Shown: piece after piece, positions 48,989 through 64,000 of the stretch | Numbering within the stretch: the stretch's first letter is position 1 | Layout: each line of letters starts with the position of its first letter | NCBI GenBank assembly: GCA_012295275.1 | Contig: CM022668.1 | Coordinates: 8,866,001-8,930,000 of the forward strand | Source: Chrysomallon squamiferum | Lineage: Eukaryota; Animalia; Mollusca | Reading direction: 5' to 3' | Length of the DNA: 64,000 bases | Notes under the pieces: generated by a model | Told to the model about the DNA's origin: nothing | The model's database searches: none | Seen by the model: the letters and a program-made list of their open reading frames with translations, nothing else | Position numbers and translations under genes: made by a program

Positions 48989-50072
48989 GTGAGTTAGGTA
49001 TTTTGTCATTTTGACCGAGAAGGAAAGGATTGATGCGGCTGTTTCCGTGTTTTTTCTGCTAAACTTATTTCTTCTCGATTAAGTCCTGTGTAATCCGCAC
49101 TGTGGATTATTATTTCACGTTGTTGTGCGCTCGTTTTGATTTTAATTATAAAAAAATTTTTTTTTACTTTATTACGTGGAAAAAATTTTGTTATTTGGCT
49201 GCAAGTGTGTGTCTAAAGGTAAGAATTTTTTTTTTTTTTTTTTAATTTTTAAAATTTGTTATTTTTGTTTAATGGATGTTATTTGTTTTATAATATTTAT
49301 TATTAAAATTAATTAAAAATGTAATTTAGAAAAAAACAATAACGTTTAAGTCGTTTTGGTTTATTTGATATTAATTATGTGGGATTTTTTTGTGTATGTG
49401 TGCGTTTCTGAATAAAAATACAAGATGTTTATTTTTTATTCATTGCATATATTCATTTATTAAATATAAATATTTGTATTTACTATGTGAAGTATTTATT
49501 TACTTATTTATTTATTTATTTATCTATCTGTCTGTATAAAAGTTGTTTGTTTTAGGGGTTTTACTGTTGTTGTTGTAGTTTGATTTCTTATTTTAAAATG
49601 TATAAACGAAAATATCAACAGTAGTGACGACATATATTTATTTTTCATATCAGCTTATTTAGAAAATGGCAAACAGTTACTTTTTACCAACATTTAAATT
49701 TCTACAGAACAATTGTCCGTTAGTGCAGACGTCCTTTTGTGTGATATTCCTGTCTGTTGTAACACGAGTCTTCAGAATTAATCACCAGTTATATGCCCCG
49801 CCATTTTTTAGATTATTCAAATGTACAAGGTAACGGAAATCTAGAATTAATCATTTAGATGCACAATCTGTTTTAGAATACTAAGAAAACTCTAGAATTA
49901 ATCATTAAGATTCATCACCATTTTTAGAATGATAACAATACTCTAGAAATAATCATCTCCATGGTGATGAATGATAAGATGCACGCCCCACCATCACCCC
50001 CCCCCACCACCACCACCACCATTGCCGCACCTTAAATTTTAAAGTCAAGCGGATTACACTTTTTACATCAGG

Positions 50073-50113
<41 letters not shown>

Positions 50114-50737
50114 CCTGTTTAATTCGTTAAATTCTACTTAGGATTAAACACAGTATGGAGTAATGTTTGAAGGTATTAAAAGAAAAACGCGTGAACGCGC
50201 TCGCACGTACAAACATACTTGAACATTAAACATAACAGATAACGAAAAGAATAAAAAAAACACAATAAGAAAAAAGAAACAAAAAAATATAGGCTTATAT
50301 TCATATACATAAATATAGGCCTATACACATGTACGCTCGCACACACACACACACACATACATACACACAGTTACATATGTAATTATGCATACATATAAAT
50401 ATATATATACTGTAAACAGATGTATGTGACATACATTTATTCACTGTTATAGTCAGATATGCATTTTTCTCATGTTACGACGCATTACTTATTCACTCAT
50501 GACATAAATGCAAAAAACAACAACGAAAACTATTCATTTATTTTTTATTTTTTTATTTACTTTTTTTAATAATGTTTTATTATTATTTACAATTATTCAC
50601 ATTCACAAATTTTCAATTAGTTATTAATTTTTTTTTTTTAAATTAATTTGTTAATTCATTCAGCTTATGACGAAATCAGTAATAATTATTTTCATATTCA
50701 CTATCTTTAATAATCATTTTTATTTATTCATACATTC

Positions 50738-50788
<51 letters not shown>

Positions 50789-51077
50789 CTATATGTTCAA
50801 TCTCACATTTATTCATTAAATTTATTCATTCAGTTACGTCAAAATTCGATCATTATTCAAACTAATACTCTTATTCTGGATAACTGATAACACAGAACAA
50901 CACTACAGACTTACTTACATGTTTGTGTTCATGTAATGTTTAATTTACAACATGCGTGATAAGAACACGCATACTGCAGAATAAGAAATGTTATGATTAT
51001 GATGATGATAACTCTAATGATGAAGGATGATGATTCTATCTCTGGATGTTAATTATTATTAAAATAATAATAATAAC

Positions 51078-51129
<52 letters not shown>

Positions 51130-51192
51130 GTAATAATAATGATAATAATAATAATAATAGTTATAGCAATAATAGTAATAGGAATGGTAGTA

Positions 51193-51232
<40 letters not shown>

Positions 51233-51684
51233 TTATTGTTCTTGTTGTTAACATGATTATTTGTGTTATTATTCTTCTTGTTGTTGTTGCTGTTGTTATC
51301 GTCGCGTCGTAGTCAGTTTGAAAAAAAATAATATAAAAAAATAAAAATAAATAAATAAATAACGCTCTAAACTGTAAGATTTCCATTTAGCTAAAATCCA
51401 GGTAAATCTGTGTTGCCATTGGTGATTAATTAGTTACCTGGAGGCTTGTACGAGAAACAAACAGTCGTTGTTCCAGGTAAATTATATCTATGACTTCTCC
51501 ATAATTTATGTTTCTAACATTAATGTTAGATATAGAAGTAGCAACAGTTTGTTGTTGTCGTAGCTGTAGTTAGAATAGTTACAGTAGTGGCAGTAGCAAT
51601 GCTATTTTATGATGATGATAGGAATAGTAATATTAATAGAAATAGTAGGTGGTCGTGGTTATAGTACTAGTAATTCAGAAACAC

Positions 51685-51732
<48 letters not shown>

Positions 51733-52470
51733 AAATAGAAACACTGATATATTAGTGGTAGTGGTAGTAGCAATAGAAGTAGAAGCAACACCAACAGTAG
51801 TAGTATGACTTCTAGTACTAGTAGTAGTAGTAGTAGCAATAGTAGTAGTAGTAGTAGCAGTAGTTGTAGTTGTAGTTGTAGTAGTTGTAGAATCACTATT
51901 AATACTATAGTAGCTGAGTAGAAGCACCAGTAGTAGTAGTTGTTGTTGTTGTTGTTGTTGTAGAAGCATCAATAATAGTAGTAGTAGTAGCAGCAGTAGT
52001 AATGAGTGTAGTTGTAGTAGTTGTTGATTTTGTTATTGTAATACAATCTGAGTTGTAGCAGTACAATACTAACAGAGACAGAGAATAGAATTTGTTTCTT
52101 TTTTTCTTCTGAGAAATCTGTTTTAATAAGCGTATATCTGTAACCCAAAACTTTTAATTTTGACAACAGACCTGACATGGATGTTGTGATACTATGTTGA
52201 TACGAACTTGATATGCTCAGAGAATGAAACCCAGACGTAATTTGTCTGTAACTGAATATCTGGGTGGCTAATTACCAGATGTTGTCCTTGTTAAGCCGGG
52301 AAGGTGAGAAAGAGATCGAACCTGTTAATGATGATAAAGCATCAAACAGGATAAGAAATGTTGTGTAATCGTTCGTGAAAATTAGTCAGTGTGTTTGAGC
52401 ATTAGGTGCATTGTGTCTTGATAAGACCGGTGTGCGGTTGTGATAACTTGTGTGTGCTTTTGTAATGTGA

Positions 52471-52521
<51 letters not shown>

Positions 52522-52661
52522 TAGTGGTACTGAACTAACTCTCTCTCTCTCTCAAAAACAGAGCTCCGTCATCAAAACTGTTACTTTAATTCTGATTTCG
52601 TCTTCGTATGATACAAAGTCAAATAAGATGTTCATGCTTCAGTGTGCGATAACGTGTACTG

Positions 52662-52774
<113 letters not shown>

Positions 52775-53785
52775 CACACATGCTAACTTATGAACTCACT
52801 AACTTTGCTCTGGAATGTGAGACAAAGCTTTACTCAGATTCACGACAAAAATAGAAAGTGACAGCAAAAAAAACGCGGTAGGAAAGATGAATGTGTCAGA
52901 AACGCTGTAAACTTTCCTCTGACGGTGTTTCGCCAGTTAGTCAGTCAGGGAGGGCGTTTACCTGGCTGTGTACGACGACAGCGGAATGAGACAAAGATGA
53001 ATTAATGACGTGAATGTTCCATTATTTCACAAACACCAGAAAACACGCCGACACGGTTTGTTGTTTACCAAACGATGCACTTGACACATTTATTTTTTTT
53101 TTTTTTTTTTTTTTTATATATATTTTTTTTTTTGATCTACGGTTCTATGACGTTGCATATCACACACACAAAAAACATTAGGAATGTTTACTTTAAAGAA
53201 AAACAACAACAAATCATTTCTAAGAGACAAATGCCTTAAAATCGTTGACCTATTGAGAAAAAAAAATCTTGTATGACATCATAAAGGACAGCATACAGAG
53301 AACAGATCGAAACTCACCACTAACGCCTATTACGTAAGAGCTATTATTTTAAAAATTAGCAGGAAGGGAATTTTTTATGTGCACCTTCCCATAGTTTTAA
53401 TCATCTGTTTATATGACACGAACCTTAGAGACACTGACAGAATCTCATCCCATTTTTGGTTGAAAACCTGATTGGGAACACTCATTTGCATAACCTCACA
53501 GATGGGAAACTACACACCACAGGATTTAATAAATCGATCGGGAGATCTGTGTGGAACGGGAAATGACACAATGTGCATATTGAAGTCGCTTCAGTTATTC
53601 AGTGGCTATGATAATCGCTTAACAGCAATGAATTATTTATACATACACAGTATATATAATACTCAATTACACCAACTGTTGAGTACAAGTGTCCAGTGTT
53701 CGATCCTAAATCGATCATACGTGCTACAGTTATTTACATACACGATTTTTTTAATTAGAAATTATTTATATATTTTGTAGTCTAC

Positions 53786-53819
<34 letters not shown>

Positions 53820-55926
53820 CTAGGTATGTAGAGAATTTTTAATATTTTACGATTAGTTAATGCAATTGACAAGTTGTTTTAGTCTCTCTCTCTCTCTCTC
53901 TTATAATGCCTGAATGTATATATTTGAATATATGTGTGTATATGTGTGTATGTATGTATATGTGTATGTGTTTGTGTGTGTCTGTGTGTGTGTTGTATTT
54001 ATGCATGAATTTTATTTCTTATTTGTGTTGTCTTTCTGTGGCTGTATAAGATTTTACCTAAAACTAAATTAAAATCAGGAAATAATTCAACATATTAATT
54101 AAACTGATTAACTTTTCACTAAAGGCGCAAATACACACACAAATACACACACACACACACACAAATACATGAGTCTATATTTGTGTGTATATGTATATGT
54201 AAATACGCATGTATGTAGCCTATGTTATTTGTATGTAGATATATGTTTAATTATATGTTTGTGCATACGTATATATGTACAAATGTGTATGTATCTTGGT
54301 ATTTCCGTGCATATGTGTGTGTTTCTGTACATACAGGTGTATGCCAGTTAATGTGTACGGTTTTATGTTGAATATGTACACATACCATATATATATATTT
54401 ATATTTTTCATTTCATTTTAATTAGTTTTTTGTTGTTGCTGTTGTTGTAGTTGTTATTATTATTATTTGTCTCTAAATATGTTTAAATTTGTAAGCAACA
54501 ACAGTACACCATATTAAAAAATTCGTATAGTCTAAATTATACAAAGTCGTGTAGATTTGTTGACAAGGATAATTTTCTATGTAAAATATTTATAGTTAAT
54601 CTATAAAACTAAAACATAATAACCCCAAAATCCTCTTAGTCTAAAATCTTACATCTTTTTTATAAACTGAAATAAATTACGACACAAACGTAGACTTTCT
54701 GTTAAATATGAGACCCTCGCATTCTCTTGTAAACGTAATTTATAGTTACCCAAACAAGTTTTAACTGCATATGTCCCCAACTCCATCATCATAATTAAGT
54801 AATTACACACCTTGAGTTGTTTTGTAATCAGATCGTTACTATAAATTACAGAAACTGGAATGCAACACTTCTCGTCTGCCATGTTTTAGGTCACGTAAGG
54901 TCAAAGATGAATTATGACGTAAGGTCGCCAAGGTTCATTTGCATAGCTGTTACAGCAACTTGTAAAATTTATTTTTAGTTCGGAGAATACAACATTTTTC
55001 AGTTTATTCATTTAGTTAGTTAGTTAGTTTGTTAATTAGTTGTTTGTTTATTTAATTTTTAGCTGTAGATTCGATTCGAGATTAGAATGCATTACATTAA
55101 ATATATTTTAAACAACAGTGTAAATATTTATTTATCTGTTGCTTTTTGGGGGGATTTGGGGTTGTGGAGGGCTGTTGTTTTTGTTTGTTCGTGTTTTTTT
55201 CTTTTTTTTTATCTTTCTTTCTTTTTTTTTTTTTCTTTTCTTTTTTCTGTTTGTGAGCTTTATTCACTTATCTTCTTTCAGTTGTTACATTGCTTTCTTT
55301 TCATGTTTGCATACTTTTTATTTTATTTTTATTTTTATTCTTGCCTTAAATTATACAGATTACTTTTGTGTAAAGTGGAGAATAAATACGCACGTGAACG
55401 CGGAAGGGTACATTCATTACAACGTGTTACTTTTCACTGCAATTTACATCTTGTTACGATTTCGATTTAATGGGTGATCTTGTACCAGTTTCTAATTTAG
55501 TTTCTTAACAAAAGAACTAGTGTTAAATTTTCTTTCAAAACGATACTTTTTCTCTTTTTTTTCTTGAGAGGGGTGTGTGTGTATGTTTGTTCGTTTATTT
55601 TTTGTTCTGATTCTTCGGGTTTTTTTTTCTTTCTTTTCTTTTCTTTTCTTTTCTTTCTTTCTGTTACGAATTTTGTAGATATTCTGTCTACATTTTTCTT
55701 TGTAACTTTTACACACTTTTACATATACACACCTTCATTTTTCTTTCATTCCAACTGTCTCTTTCTCTCTTTCTCTCCATATATATGTCTCCTGATTTTC
55801 TCTATATTTGTGTATGTCTGTCTGTCAGTATGTCCATCTCAACTTCTCACCATCTCTCTCATATCCATTAATTATTTTGTTTATTAAAATTTAATTTCTT
55901 CCTTTATTGCATATATATATATATAT

Positions 55927-56110
55927 TAGGGTGTCTAAGGTTGAATTCTTCTGCAACTTTGCGATAAGACCATCCTTCTCGTCCACTTAAGAGTACCAGC
56001 TCGATTCTTTCTTCTTTAGACAGAGCCATCATTCGATCTGGGTAAGAAAAATAACATAAATAAATAACATAGTAAAATTCCCCATGTACCCAGACTTTGT
56101 GGACACCCTG
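55927..56110 (-). mobile_element. 5' fragment of a Tc1/mariner-superfamily element
   Basis: Minus strand begins CAGGGTGTCC (typical TIR start), followed by an HTH-like N-terminus MALSKEERIELVLLSGREGWSYRKVAEEFNLRHP that is cut off at a (TA)n tract. No second TIR seen. Confidence 0.7.
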
Positions 56111-56320
56111 CATATATTAAAACGTGTGTATTTGTGTGTCTAAATGTGCTGTCGCATGCATATACCTATATATTTATGCATGTATGTATTTATGTATGTA
56201 TGTATGCATGTATGTATTTATGTATGTATGCATGCATGCATCTATGTATGTATGTACGTATGTACGTATATTATTATATATAAAATTACCAATACGTTCT
56301 TCTTACAGAATTGTTGAAGA

Positions 56321-62911
<6,591 letters not shown>

Positions 62912-63109
62912 CGTAACAAGGTAGGTAATAATTCACTCATCTGACGTCATAGTCAATATACAGCAATATCTGTCATTTCATATTTCCTAAGTTTTGCCTA
63001 ATAAAATAATTTTGCACTACTGTGATTCTACAGTAAATTAATGATTGAATTTCTAGAATAATATGGTTCAGATAAATGTAATAATAATAAAATTAATAAT
63101 AATAATAAT

Positions 63110-63143
<34 letters not shown>

Positions 63144-63151
63144 TATATATA

Positions 63152-63922
63152 CAGTGGTATCTCGATTTACGAGTGCTCCAACTTACGAGTTTTCCTAGTT
63201 ACGAGCAGTCGCCCTGTCGTTTATTTGCTTTGCGTTGCGAGCAAACATCCGAGCTACGAGCGAGCTTCAGATACGCCGACGCTAGTTGGCGCATCGAACA
63301 ACACAACATCTGCCAGCATCCCGCGTCTCACTCGTTTACTTCACGTGGTTACCTCGCCGTGGAAACATCTCTGTCGTTTTGTGCTCGCGTTTTCTTCGGT
63401 ATTTTGCCAAATGTCCATACTAAGAAAGTGAGTGCAAAGGTCAGTGCTGAGAAGAAAAAGCCGATGATGTACTTTGAAATTAAAGTATGCAATCATAGAA
63501 AAACAGCGAGGTGTGCGTGTATTCAACATGGCTAGGCAGTACGAGCATAGTATTTTTACCATATGTACCAAACTGAAGCAGAAGGAATCGATAAAGGCTA
63601 TAACTCCAACCAAAGGCGTTGAAATAATTTCTAAGTTGCGGACCTCTGTCCATGAAAAGATGGAGAAACCCTAACTCTGTACACTTTACAAAACCAATTT
63701 ATTTCTTTACATTCTCTGTTATTTTTTTTTTTTTTTCCAATATTTGTCATTTATACATACATTTTTCTTATTTAAAAACACGTTGGGGTGGTTTGGGGGT
63801 GCAGGAACGGATTAATGGTATTTCAGTTACTTTTATTTGGGAAAATTGATTTGATATACGAGCAAATTGAATTACGAGCTCGGTCACGGAACGAATTAAA
63901 CTCGTAAGTCAACTTACCATTG
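63152..63922 (+). mobile_element. Internally deleted Tigger (pogo) transposon with N-terminal transposase remnant
   Basis: Imperfect TIRs CAGTGGTATCTCGATTTACGAG / CTCGTAAGTCAACTTACCATTG with TA on both sides. Frameshifted peptide KKVSAKVSAEKKK..LKYAIIEK.RGVRVFNMARQYEHSIFTICTKLKQKESIKA..KLRTSVHEKMEK resembles the Tigger psq-type HTH. Confidence 0.88.
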
Positions 63923-63937
63923 TATATGTATGTGTGT

Positions 63938-63983
<46 letters not shown>

Positions 63984-64000
63984 TTTATTTACGAGTAGAT

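Noticed and set aside
53472-53780. 102-aa ORF in the intergenic/intronic region
   Set aside because: Non-ATG start, no recognisable domain and no supporting splice sites; more likely a decayed repeat.

Overview
AT-rich, microsatellite-dense eukaryotic (invertebrate, probably lophotrochozoan/mollusc-like) genomic DNA with four spliced protein-coding genes: MGAT5 (+, 16 coding exons, 7504-16340), SIGMAR1 (-, 4 exons, 21063-23589), an unusual SPFH/band-7 membrane protein head-to-head with SIGMAR1 (+, 10 coding exons, 25474-32628), and a mucin/SEA-like/EGF type-I membrane protein (+, 9 coding exons, 56321-62911). The most striking structure is an ~8.5-kb block bounded by (TA)n tracts (34297-42836). 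It is a decayed DDE (hAT-like) transposase whose 5' part has been amplified into ~7.9 near-identical head-to-tail 979-bp units. Each unit carries a 215-bp inverted repeat, so the block could be a multi-hairpin (Mu-killer-like) small-RNA silencing locus. Also present: two Tigger/pogo-type elements, a Tc1/mariner fragment, a three-copy hairpin motif linked to (ACT)n tracts, and three small lesions in otherwise intact genes that probably reflect assembly errors. Most ORFs in the supplied track are microsatellite artefacts. All exon coordinates were read by hand from GT/AG sites and frame continuity.
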